Shown piece after piece: positions 29,265-38,249 of a stretch of DNA of 64,000 nt (within the stretch, counting starts at the first letter, position 1; each line of letters starts with the position of its first letter). The translations under genes and the position numbers were made by a program. The notes under the pieces were generated by a model. The model did not search any database. It was given only the letters and a program-made list of their open reading frames with translations, and had not been told where the DNA came from. Source of the DNA: a virus (Duplodnaviria; Caudoviricetes); IMG/VR virus record IMGVR_UViG_3300044991_002130, positions 1 to 64,000 of that record; one strand, 5' to 3'.

Positions 29265-29654
29265 ATGATAAAATTGAAAGACTTGATCGGAACACCGTTT
29301 GCAGTGTTTGTTTTAGCCAAAGCAAATGGTGGATATGCTGCTACAACTCGTGCAGCTGATCGCAATGAGCAAGGAAGAATTGGATTGCCCGGTGGAAAAG
29401 TTGATATTGGCGAATCGCCAGTTGAAGCAGTAACAAGAGAAGCTAAAGAAGAAGGATGGGAAGTAAAAGTAACAAACACAACACCCATACACACACAATT
29501 GGTTGATGGAAAACTTGTGCATTGGTATGCTGGAGAATCTGCCATAAAATTGAATAATTTCAAAGAAAAGGGAAGAATAACTCCCATAGTTGCAACTCGT
29601 GAACAGATTTTATCTTCTGGTTATGGAAATGAAAATCTGTACAATCATATATAA
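29265..29654 (+). CDS. NUDIX hydrolase
   Basis: Nudix box GGKVDIGESPVEAVTREAKEEG; MIKLKDL N-terminus. Confidence 0.88.
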   Translation: MIKLKDLIGTPFAVFVLAKANGGYAATTRAADRNEQGRIGLPGGKVDIGESPVEAVTREAKEEGWEVKVTNTTPIHTQLVDGKLVHWYAGESAIKLNNFKEKGRITPIVATREQILSSGYGNENLYNHI

Positions 29655-30098
29655 TTTAGCAGTTACGACGTTCTGAAACAAACGATCCAGCCTACTGTTC
29701 CGCTGTAACCCGAGCAGTTGCATTTTTGGTAAACGTGAAAAGAAATAGTAAAGAATAGAACACGAGTCATCGTACTTGTGTCACACTAGGCTATCCATCT
29801 AGCTCCTTAATAGGAATAAATTTACAACCATCTTCTTTCAGTATAACAAGTGCTCAAAACTTGTTCGTTCATATGTTTTCGTAAAAGCATATCAACAGAA
29901 GCAGTGGATTGGTTCAATCGTTAGTTCTTTTGCGTAAAAAGACAATATTTGTCACTCAATGCCTCTTAACAATGCACAATTTTAAGTGAGTTTTACGGCA
30001 GTTACAGGGGTAGCCCCTTGGGTGGGAGGCGCACACCAAATCACGCCTATTCTATTTTTATTGACATTGCATGATATTTATGTAGTGTTATAGTTTAT

Positions 30099-30174
30099 CG
30101 GAGTGTAGCGTAACTTGGTAGCGCACTCGCTTTGGGAGCGAGCGGTCCGGGTTCAAATCCCGGCACTCCGACCA
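30099..30174 (+). tRNA. tRNA-Pro(TGG)
   Basis: ttTGGga, CCA. Confidence 0.93.
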
Positions 30175-30180
30175 TTTTAT

Positions 30181-30256
30181 GGCGTTTATAGTGTAGTGGT
30201 TCGCACGGAAGTTTGTGAAACTTTCAGGACGATTTCGAATATCGTTAGACGCCCCA
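30181..30256 (+). tRNA. tRNA-His(GTG)
   Basis: ttGTGaa, G-1:C73, CCA. Confidence 0.88.
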
Positions 30257-30384
30257 ATTTGTAAGTTTTATAAGATGTAGCCAATGCTTCCAAGCGAGGA
30301 TCATGTGCTGTAAGTTCTTACCTGTCGCAATGGTGCAAAATAGAAACATCGAGCATTAGAGTTGGTAGCTTACAAAAATTTTAT

Positions 30385-30470
30385 AGAGTGGTCGCATAAT
30401 GGTATTGCAGAAGTCTCCAAAACTTCCGTTTTAAAAAACATTGTCGGTTCGAGTCCGACCCACTCTGCCA
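30385..30470 (+). tRNA. tRNA-Trp(CCA) with long variable arm
   Basis: ctCCAaa, G73, CCA. Confidence 0.85.
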
Positions 30471-30478
30471 ATTTTTAC

Positions 30479-30554
30479 GCCAATGTAGTCTAAAGAATAG
30501 GCACCAGTTTCCTAAACTGTTTATATGTAGGTTTGAGTCCTATCATTGGCACCA
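30479..30554 (+). tRNA. tRNA-Arg(CCT)
   Basis: ttCCTaa, CCA. Confidence 0.8.
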
Positions 30555-30562
30555 ATTTATAT

Positions 30563-30653
30563 AGAAAGGTAGCCAAGTGGTTTACGGCACTACATTGGAA
30601 GTGTAGCGGGTTCTAAACAAGCCCCGCGAGTTCGAATCTCGCCCTTTCTGCCA
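30563..30653 (+). tRNA. tRNA-Ser(GGA)
   Basis: ttGGAag, long variable arm, CCA. Confidence 0.9.
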
Positions 30654-30698
30654 TTTATATGTTGACACAAGACAAAAAATATCCAAGATAGAAACCAC

Positions 30699-31037
30699 AT
30701 GATAAATAAAACCAAAAAATTCGAAATTGAGGGAGTTGATTGGAAAATCCAAGTAGAATTGGACTCATTGGTATACACGGACACGGCAACGAGACTATTT
30801 GTGGCAGGCGCGATGGCGATTGAACATATGAGTACCGGGTCCACAGGATGTAATCTAGGTGCAATCGTTTTGGTGACTGAAAAAGACGGAAAGAATATTA
30901 CGTTCGGAGTGAATTCGTACATTTGCTTAAATCGTGTGGGAGACTATGAGTCTGCAAAAATTTTAAGAAAAAATTACAGGGATATGTCAGGCCAAGATTT
31001 GTCAGAAGATTTAAAAGGATATCACAAATGCAAATAA
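30699..31037 (+). CDS. hypothetical protein
   Basis: 112-aa ORF downstream of a TTGACA promoter. Confidence 0.6.
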   Translation: MINKTKKFEIEGVDWKIQVELDSLVYTDTATRLFVAGAMAIEHMSTGSTGCNLGAIVLVTEKDGKNITFGVNSYICLNRVGDYESAKILRKNYRDMSGQDLSEDLKGYHKCK

Positions 31038-31080
31038 ATTCCGCTATTTTTACTTATTATATATATATTTATAACAATAT

Positions 31081-31965
31081 ATGAGTATATTACAATCTAC
31101 GTTTGATAAGCATAAGAAGTTGATGTTGGAGAGTGTTGTACAAGATAGATTGCGTGATGAGGCGGCGCTTGAACAAAAAAAACAGCAACTGCTTGCGAGT
31201 GGATTAAGAGTCGTTCCAATGCAAGGTGGGGAAGACAAAAAATACTTTGCATATACATCGGGGAGATACATTGTGTTGATTGATATGGGAAATATAAAAC
31301 TTCCATTTTATTGTTCTTCCGGAGAAGGAGGAAAAGCAAATGTTCCTTCTGGAAAATGGTATCCGATTTTTGGAATAAGCAAAGCGGGTTGGCTCAACAA
31401 GGGCACAGAAGAACAAATTAACAATTATTATGGAAGCAGTGCTGCAAAATCTGTGGCCAAGAAGTTAGACGAGGTATTGGGAGATATGCGAGAAATGTTT
31501 TCGATGAAACATTTCGTGGGTGTAGACAAGGTATTGCCTATTATAAATCAAGATTTGAATCCACCCGACCAACGCCCCACCCCAGAAAGATCAAAAGAAT
31601 ATATGGAAATATATAGAGCGAATGTTAGAAACGTTTTGCAGAAAATAGGAGGGAACGCGGGACCAGTTCCAATAAAAAATAAGTTAACATTAACACACAA
31701 CGGTAAAAATGTTGTGGAAGCAAATATTTCAGCAAACATTGGCCGAGCAATCGTCCAAAAACACGGCGACGACGCCAAATATTTTAGTAGTGAACAATTT
31801 CAAATTCAAAAACAAAAAGATGATACGTGGAAATTGATTCATAACAAAGCTGCCACGAATATAACAACCATTGATGGTAAAGAAGTAACCGAGCCAACAA
31901 CACTTGTCAAAGGAATGAAGATTGCGCTAGGAAAAACTGGCAAATTTCCAATGGAAGTTGGCTAA
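31081..31965 (+). CDS. protein with C-terminal FHA-like domain
   Basis: IGR..S..Q..I....W.L.....TN.T.IDG..L..G..I.LG pattern. Confidence 0.65.
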   Translation: MSILQSTFDKHKKLMLESVVQDRLRDEAALEQKKQQLLASGLRVVPMQGGEDKKYFAYTSGRYIVLIDMGNIKLPFYCSSGEGGKANVPSGKWYPIFGISKAGWLNKGTEEQINNYYGSSAAKSVAKKLDEVLGDMREMFSMKHFVGVDKVLPIINQDLNPPDQRPTPERSKEYMEIYRANVRNVLQKIGGNAGPVPIKNKLTLTHNGKNVVEANISANIGRAIVQKHGDDAKYFSSEQFQIQKQKDDTWKLIHNKAATNITTIDGKEVTEPTTLVKGMKIALGKTGKFPMEVG

Positions 31966-32184
31966 TATAATTTTCTATAGTGACAAAAAGGGCGGCAGAC
32001 TCTGAATCTGTTGTTTGAAGCGTTGGGGTTGCTCCCAACTCAGTAAACGGCACTGAGGGTGGTTTAACCTAACCACGAAAGATGCTAAAGTGAGATAGCT
32101 GTGGGACAGCTTGACTATAGAAAAATTTTTGATATAAATAGTAGTGGTTCATCGCTTTTGTCTTGATTCAATATATTTATTGAT

Positions 32185-32943
32185 ATGGAACAAAAAATTT
32201 GTGAACTTGGGTGTGGTAAAATTGCTATTCATCAACTGAAAAGTGGGAAGTGGATTTGTGATACATCCGCAAACAAATGTGAAGTTATGCGAAAGAAAAA
32301 TTCTGACGCTACCCTTGGAATAGAAAAGCCTTGGATGAGAGGAGAAAACCACCCCAGACCGATGTTAGGAAAAAAATCTTGGAACTCAGGATTAACAAAG
32401 GAGACGAGTCCAATAGTTATGGCTCAGTCAAATAAAATGAAGGGGACAGTTTCAAAGTTTGGTGGCCGAGCATCAACCGCCGAAAAAGAAAAATTAAGAA
32501 AAGAGAATATTTCTAAATCTATGAAAGGTGTTGGTGGGGGATTTAGAATGAAAAGTGGTAGAGGTAAAAAAGGTTGGTATAAAGGATATTTTTGTAGTAG
32601 TTCGTGGGAATTGGCGTGGGTCATTTACTCATTAGAGCATGGAGTAAAATTTGAGAGAAACAAAATTGGATTTCCATATGAATTTAATGGAAAACGGAAA
32701 AAATATTATCCCGATTTTATTGTTGATAAAAATTATGTGGAGATAAAGGGATACGATTCTCCACAGTGGGAAGAGAAGAAAAAGCAGTTCAACAATAATT
32801 TGATTGTTCTTGGGAAAAATGAGATAAAACCATACATAGAATACACAGAAACAAAGTATGGAAAAGATTTTGTTAGGTTATATGAAGATGGAAAGGTGGC
32901 AGAGCGGTCTATTGCGGAAATCTTGAAAATTTCTAATCCTTAA
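32185..32943 (+). CDS. putative homing endonuclease (NUMOD3-like plus PD-(D/E)xK)
   Basis: GENHP..GK.SWN.G; SSWE; YYPDF..YVEIKG; 3' end overlaps tRNA-Ser. Confidence 0.8.
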   Translation: MEQKICELGCGKIAIHQLKSGKWICDTSANKCEVMRKKNSDATLGIEKPWMRGENHPRPMLGKKSWNSGLTKETSPIVMAQSNKMKGTVSKFGGRASTAEKEKLRKENISKSMKGVGGGFRMKSGRGKKGWYKGYFCSSSWELAWVIYSLEHGVKFERNKIGFPYEFNGKRKKYYPDFIVDKNYVEIKGYDSPQWEEKKKQFNNNLIVLGKNEIKPYIEYTETKYGKDFVRLYEDGKVAERSIAEILKISNP

Positions 32944-32979
32944 ACGGGTTCGTGGGTTCGATTCCCACCCTTTCCTCCA
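32890..32979 (+). tRNA. tRNA-Ser(TGA)
   Basis: ctTGAaa, long variable arm, CCA. Confidence 0.92.
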
Positions 32980-33045
32980 TTTTATGGCGTCCACTTGAGG
33001 ATGAACCATAGAGTGCGGGTAGATGAATCGCACACGCCAATTTTC

Positions 33046-33121
33046 GCCGCCGAAGTTCATATGGGTGAACGTCTGTTTCGTAAATAGAATGTAGCTGGTT
33101 CGATTCCAGCCGGTGGCTCCA
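33046..33121 (+). tRNA. tRNA-Thr(CGT)
   Basis: ttCGTaa, CCA. Confidence 0.87.
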
Positions 33122-33164
33122 TTTTACATAATATAGTTCATTGTATATTATATTTATTGGTAGT

Positions 33165-33836
33165 ATGAAAACCAATATTATAATAAACGGTCAGACATTC
33201 AACAAGTCTGATACATTCAATCCAAACACAGAAAATTTACAAACAGATGGATTGTCAGTTCTGTGTTTCAGTCAAAATGATAATTGTAAAGTAAACGACT
33301 GTATCATAGATGGCGAAGATGCTCGTTGGGGAGGCAAAGCCTCATTGACATTCGATCTTGAATATACCAAATGTACTTTTAAAAATGGTACTGCGCGTGC
33401 CTTTGACATGGTTCGTGGCGGCAATGTTACATTTACAGATTGTATATTTGAGAACAATGTCAGAAACAAAGTTAAATCTCAATATAGTTTAACAGAGTTG
33501 TGTGATCTTGGAATCAAAGGTGGTGTGCATGATGTAACATTTCATAGTTGCGTGTTTAATGACATTTTGATTGGCGATTATAGTATTTACGATCAACGAG
33601 ATAGACCAAAAGCTCGTCGCTTTACTTTTATCAATTGTAAGAATATAGATGGCGGTCCAATCATTATTCGTGGCAGATATGTAGATAAAGATTCTATCAG
33701 TTTGATTGGTACAAATGCAAAAATGTGGGTTTGGCCAACAATTTTTACTAAACTATATTGGATGTATAATCGCAAGTTTGGCGATACTCGCAAGCCAGAT
33801 GGCTGGAATGTATATGATCCCAGAGAACTGATCTGA
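33165..33836 (+). CDS. beta-helix-repeat-like protein
   Basis: recurring VTFxxCxF units. Confidence 0.55.
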   Translation: MKTNIIINGQTFNKSDTFNPNTENLQTDGLSVLCFSQNDNCKVNDCIIDGEDARWGGKASLTFDLEYTKCTFKNGTARAFDMVRGGNVTFTDCIFENNVRNKVKSQYSLTELCDLGIKGGVHDVTFHSCVFNDILIGDYSIYDQRDRPKARRFTFINCKNIDGGPIIIRGRYVDKDSISLIGTNAKMWVWPTIFTKLYWMYNRKFGDTRKPDGWNVYDPRELI

Positions 33837-34268
33837 TCAAGCGTCTTTGGAAAGTTCTCCGCGAGCAATCAAAATCTTTTTATTGGTTTGGTGAGCTTCT
33901 TGAACCAACTCTTTATTTTCACCAAGATAAGCCACGGCATAGTTGTTTTCAATTAGCCACTTATTTATATTTGTTCCATCGTCTAATATAAACTCTCCAA
34001 GAATACGACCAAACTTGTCGTCGTTGTTATCATCCTTGGTGGTGTTTATTTTTTGATAGCTACCAATCGGTAGTTTTTCTGTTAATTTTTTCTTGGAAAG
34101 CATACCACGAGTTTTTTCCTCTTTGTTGTTTGTTCTTGACTCTGGCGTATCTACGCCGGATAGCCTCACACGTTGATTGGATAATATTATATTAAATCCA
34201 AGGTCCAAGTCTATCTCAACGGTGTCGCCGTCGACGATTTTGTTTATTTTGCATTTATATTGATACAT
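33837..34268 (-). CDS. thermonuclease (SNase-like)
   Basis: VDGDT, RVRLSGVDTPE, DKFGRILG. Confidence 0.9.
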   Translation of the reverse strand: MYQYKCKINKIVDGDTVEIDLDLGFNIILSNQRVRLSGVDTPESRTNNKEEKTRGMLSKKKLTEKLPIGSYQKINTTKDDNNDDKFGRILGEFILDDGTNINKWLIENNYAVAYLGENKELVQEAHQTNKKILIARGELSKDA

Positions 34269-34292
34269 AGAGTATAATATATATCAATTCGC

Positions 34293-34366
34293 TGGGAAAT
34301 GATGTAGTGGTAGCATATTTGTCTCTGAAACAAATCGCGTTGGTTCGATTCCAACTCTCCCATCCA
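34293..34366 (+). tRNA. tRNA-Gln(CTG)
   Basis: ctCTGaa, CCA. Confidence 0.87.
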
Positions 34367-34482
34367 ATTATTATATCTTATAAAAGCTTATTATAAAAAT
34401 TTTTGTCTTGTAAAAGTCATATATATCTGTTCTAATTGAACATATATCGTCCTTGAAAGAGGATGTAATTTGAAAAATAACT

Positions 34483-36417
34483 ATGAATAATAATAAAAAT
34501 ACAAGAAATAACTCGGTCTGGAACAAGCTTATTGTTTTGTTCTGCCTGTTTGCTACTGTTGCGTTTGGACTGCCGTCCATCGAAACAAGTAATTTACAAG
34601 CTACACCGGGCGTAACGCTATCACAAGCCGGTACATCGCTAGTGGTCACATCACCAAATAAATCCGTTCTGACGTGGCAGAATTTTGGTAGTGGCACCGA
34701 TACCATCGCCAGCGGAGATAGTATAAATTATACGTTACCATCCTCCAATTCTTCGGTTTTAAATATAGTAACTGGCGGAAACAATACTACTATCAATGGA
34801 AGCATTTCTTCGAATGGAAATGTATACATTCTGAATCCGAACGGAATAATAATTGGAAGTAATGCTCGTATTGACACCAATGCAATTTATGCAAGTACTG
34901 CTGATGGTACATCAATTGGCTCTAACTATTTTCTAGCAAATGGAAAATTGCCAAGTCAAGATGGATTGGTTTTGGGCGGAAGCAGCATAACTGTTAAACC
35001 CGGCGCAACAATCACCGCCGTATCTAACAATATTTATTTGGCGTCCAATGGATTGGATTTGCAAGCGGGTTCAATCAATGGAAACTTGACAGTAAATGCA
35101 ACTGGGACTGTGGGTCTAAGCACACTCGGAACAACCTTTATCGCGGGAGATTTGACCGTAAATAATTCGTATGGAACAACAACACTTGCCACGCCCGGAA
35201 ATACCTTGGCCGTGAGTGGAGTCGCAACCGTCAATACCGTTGCTGGAACTGTGATTAATACGGCAGGAAGTTCTTTGAATGCCCGCTCCGTCGTTATAAA
35301 TGCTGGCATTGGCGAAATTTCGGTGGCAAAAGTGGTATCTTCTACTGTAACTGCCACCGGTAAAAATGTTTCCATTACATATGGACAAAATGCGCCGGTC
35401 ACATTCGTCGGTTCTGCGGCAAATAACATTTCCGTAAATGCTCCGGGAGCACTGACACTCTCTGATGTATCTAATACCGGAACAGGCACAGCAACTTTTG
35501 TTTCGGGAGATAGATTATCTCTTGGAAAGATTCATCTCAATGGAACCGGCGGCGCATCCTTTACTGGAACTTCCGTGGTCGATACAATTGGTAATGCATT
35601 TGTATATGGCGGAACCTCTTTCACTGCAAACTCCGGTGGAGATATTTCTATCACAAAGACCGGAAATAGCTTTGGACCAGTGAGTGTTACCACAACCGGT
35701 AATGCCACCATCAACGAATCCGCGACACTTAATTTGAATGTAATCAATGTTGGAAATGTTCTCGCGTTGTCTAGCCTCGGAGAAAACATTTTTCAAACTT
35801 CGACTACTGGCACAATCACAAATGCGTCGCCCGTTGTTTCTGCTGTTGGCAGCATTCAATTGCTTGCTCCAAGCAATACATTTAACACAATTGCTGTAAA
35901 TGGAACTGATGTATCGTTGGTCACCGCCAATGCATTAACACTTGATAATATTTCGGCCAACGGTCAATTGTCGATTACAAGCGGCGGAGCAATTTCCCAA
36001 AAAGTTGGAGCGACTGTTAAATCTTTCTCGGATACAACTTTCAATACGACGAATAACAACATTACCTTGGCTAACACCGGCAATAACTTCGGTGGATTGA
36101 CTTTGAATGCTGGCAATGGAAACATTTCCGTTGTTGAAAGTTCTACTATAAGACTTCTTGGTGTCGGTGGAAGTACCGTGGTATTGAAGAGTGGTGGAGA
36201 TATCATCAATTCCGGGGCAGGTGCAATTACCACTCGGACATTGAATCTTGAAGCTGGTGTGGGGATTGTCCTGACAAATGCGGCCACAATTTCTACTTCG
36301 TTGCTGTTCAAGGCCGTTGGTACTGTCGATTTGAGTGCTCTAAGTTTGGCAACAAATCTAAATAGCGTAGTTCCCGTGAATAATGGGGCTGGTACTTATA
36401 CGCCCCCAACTCCTTAA
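34483..36417 (+). CDS. filamentous-haemagglutinin-like secreted beta-helix protein (TPS domain)
   Basis: signal peptide; LTWQNF, VLNIVTG, NGNVYILNPNGI; long G/N/T-rich repeats. Confidence 0.85.
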   Translation: MNNNKNTRNNSVWNKLIVLFCLFATVAFGLPSIETSNLQATPGVTLSQAGTSLVVTSPNKSVLTWQNFGSGTDTIASGDSINYTLPSSNSSVLNIVTGGNNTTINGSISSNGNVYILNPNGIIIGSNARIDTNAIYASTADGTSIGSNYFLANGKLPSQDGLVLGGSSITVKPGATITAVSNNIYLASNGLDLQAGSINGNLTVNATGTVGLSTLGTTFIAGDLTVNNSYGTTTLATPGNTLAVSGVATVNTVAGTVINTAGSSLNARSVVINAGIGEISVAKVVSSTVTATGKNVSITYGQNAPVTFVGSAANNISVNAPGALTLSDVSNTGTGTATFVSGDRLSLGKIHLNGTGGASFTGTSVVDTIGNAFVYGGTSFTANSGGDISITKTGNSFGPVSVTTTGNATINESATLNLNVINVGNVLALSSLGENIFQTSTTGTITNASPVVSAVGSIQLLAPSNTFNTIAVNGTDVSLVTANALTLDNISANGQLSITSGGAISQKVGATVKSFSDTTFNTTNNNITLANTGNNFGGLTLNAGNGNISVVESSTIRLLGVGGSTVVLKSGGDIINSGAGAITTRTLNLEAGVGIVLTNAATISTSLLFKAVGTVDLSALSLATNLNSVVPVNNGAGTYTPPTP

Positions 36418-36440
36418 TAATTAACAAGTTGTAAGACTTC

Positions 36441-36469
36441 AAGCCCAACCATAAAAAGGTTGGGCTTTT
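36441..36469 (+). terminator. intrinsic terminator
   Basis: AAGCCCAACC-ataaaaa-GGTTGGGCTT plus T-run. Confidence 0.8.
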
Positions 36470-36506
36470 CATTTATAATTAATTTTGATATATATTTATT
36501 AAACAT

Positions 36507-36773
36507 ATGACAAAATCAGAACTTAAAGCATTAATCAAAGAAGTAATACAAGAAACTCAGTTTGCAGAAGAAGTGGAATTGAATCCAGAAAAGCAAGAAC
36601 ATATGACAACGACCCAGTTGAATGGATTGAATCAAAAATCCGAAAAGATGCTAGAAATAATGCAATCTGAGAATATTAAACTTGAGCCTTGGATGATTGA
36701 TTTAATCAGCCAAGCATATCATAATATTGATGCGGTCGCGAACAAACTCATGTTCGGTCAGAAGAAAGATTGA
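36507..36773 (+). CDS. hypothetical protein with MTKSELKALIKEVIQE N-terminus
   Basis: shared N-terminal motif; LEPW..DLIS.A segment. Confidence 0.7.
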   Translation: MTKSELKALIKEVIQETQFAEEVELNPEKQEHMTTTQLNGLNQKSEKMLEIMQSENIKLEPWMIDLISQAYHNIDAVANKLMFGQKKD

Positions 36774-36938
36774 GAAAGTTATTGACTTTGGATAAAATTC
36801 TGGCACTCTCTTACTCAAGAAAAGGGTGGAGTGAAAACGACTCCACGGAGGTAACGGGTAGGATTTCCTCCGAAGGACACGAACCGCAATATGTGCCTTC
36901 CTCTAGCTTATTTTGTTGATTGACAGTATTTAGATTTT

Positions 36939-37013
36939 CCTCTCGTAGCTTAATGGTAGAGCTGGCTCTTTATAGGGGCATGGTTGTGGGTTCGAGTCCT
37001 ACCGGGAGGACCA
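36939..37013 (+). tRNA. tRNA-Ile(TAT), second copy
   Basis: ttTATag, CCA. Confidence 0.8.
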
Positions 37014-37432
37014 TTTGTTCGTTCAGTTCAATGTACCGTGAAAAGCAATGGCCACAATGAGTCAACCGTGCTGAGTAATTTAGCGAGACGCAGGGTAAGG
37101 GAAACACTCAAGATAACTTACTATCAGGTATTACGACAACCCCTAAGTTAAAAGGTGGAATGAACAAAAACTTTGAGAATAAAAAAGGCACTTGGCCCGA
37201 TGATAATTGTGACGCTTGCAACCTCGCTAGAGGGAAATTGGTAGGCAAGCTGCGTCAGTCCGAAAGGATTGGTCGTCTAACTACGAGGTAATGCTCATCT
37301 TAGATGTAGATGTACAAGCACATCGTATAATAGCAGATTTCAGCACAGCCAAGAGGTAGAATGTCTGGCGGTTGATAGACACCTACTGAAAGATCATCAT
37401 CCTAGGTTAGCAACTAGGTATTCTCGAAAACT

Positions 37433-37801
37433 TTCGAAGTAAGCGACCTTGCGCTGGTGACTATAGCTGAGTTAAGATGCCATCCATAATACGGTAATCA
37501 ACCCGTTGAGACGAATGGATGTAAAATTCTCAAAAATTAAAATTCTATAATTACTAGAGGAAGTTCGCCCCTGCATAACACGGCGAGGCAGAGCAAACGC
37601 AGAGCAGAACACGTTGTTGGGTCTCGGGTCCAACCGAGATAGTTGACAATTGAGGACGCTCGCTCTTAGCGGCTCGTTATCGACCTCACGCAAGCAGCAA
37701 CCTCAAAACGTCAAAGTGTGGGTGTTACACGTTGTAAAGGCAGGTAGAGGGCTTAGACAAATGCAAGGATAAAACAGAAGGGCGGCTACGGCTGCTTCGA
37801 A
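37433..37801 (+). ncRNA. rnpB: RNase P RNA (catalytic subunit), phage-encoded
   Basis: CR-I GAGGAAGTTCGCCC, CR-V AACAGAAGGGCGGCTA (P4 GCCC/GGGC), AGACAAATG, P2 CCTTGC/GCAAGG, P1 TTCGAAG/CTTCGAA. Confidence 0.85.
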
Positions 37802-37816
37802 AAACTTTAGTAAAAT

Positions 37817-37902
37817 GCAAGGGTAGGTAAGTGGCTAAAACAGGAAGTTTCATAAGCTTTCGCCGTAAGGCTTCGCGGGTTCGAATCCCGCCTCTTGCAC
37901 CA
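37817..37902 (+). tRNA. tRNA-Met/Ile2(CAT) with long variable arm
   Basis: ttCATaa; GCC-gtaa-GGC arm; A73, CCA. Confidence 0.78.
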
Positions 37903-37911
37903 ACTTTAGAT

Positions 37912-37986
37912 GCCGACAAAACATAAATGGTGATGTGCGAACTTGGTAAGTTCGAAAAATGGGTCCGATTCCCATTGTTGGCTCCA
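37912..37986 (+). tRNA. tRNA-Thr(GGT)
   Basis: ttGGTaa, CCA. Confidence 0.85.
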
Positions 37987-37992
37987 ACTTAT

Positions 37993-38069
37993 GCCGATGA
38001 AAGACACTTGATTCTGTATGTCAGGTATTCGTCGTAACGTACCCAGTTCGATTCTGGGCATCGGCTCCA
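37993..38069 (+). ncRNA. D-armless tRNA-like RNA with Thr-type acceptor
   Basis: GCCGATG/CATCGGC-T-CCA, perfect T arm, CTTGAT/GTCAGG arm. Confidence 0.6.
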
Positions 38070-38249
38070 ATTTATGAAAATTGAAACAATCGAAGATATA
38101 GCAAAAGTTATAGTAAACCTTCCATCCGATTTAAGAGAGTACTTGATAAGTAATGTTACTCCGTCTACTTTTGTGTCATGTCTTCTTTTATTGGGGGCAG
38201 GAGGAAATATAAAAGATTTCGCCTCCGCACTCAAAGAACATATGGTTAT

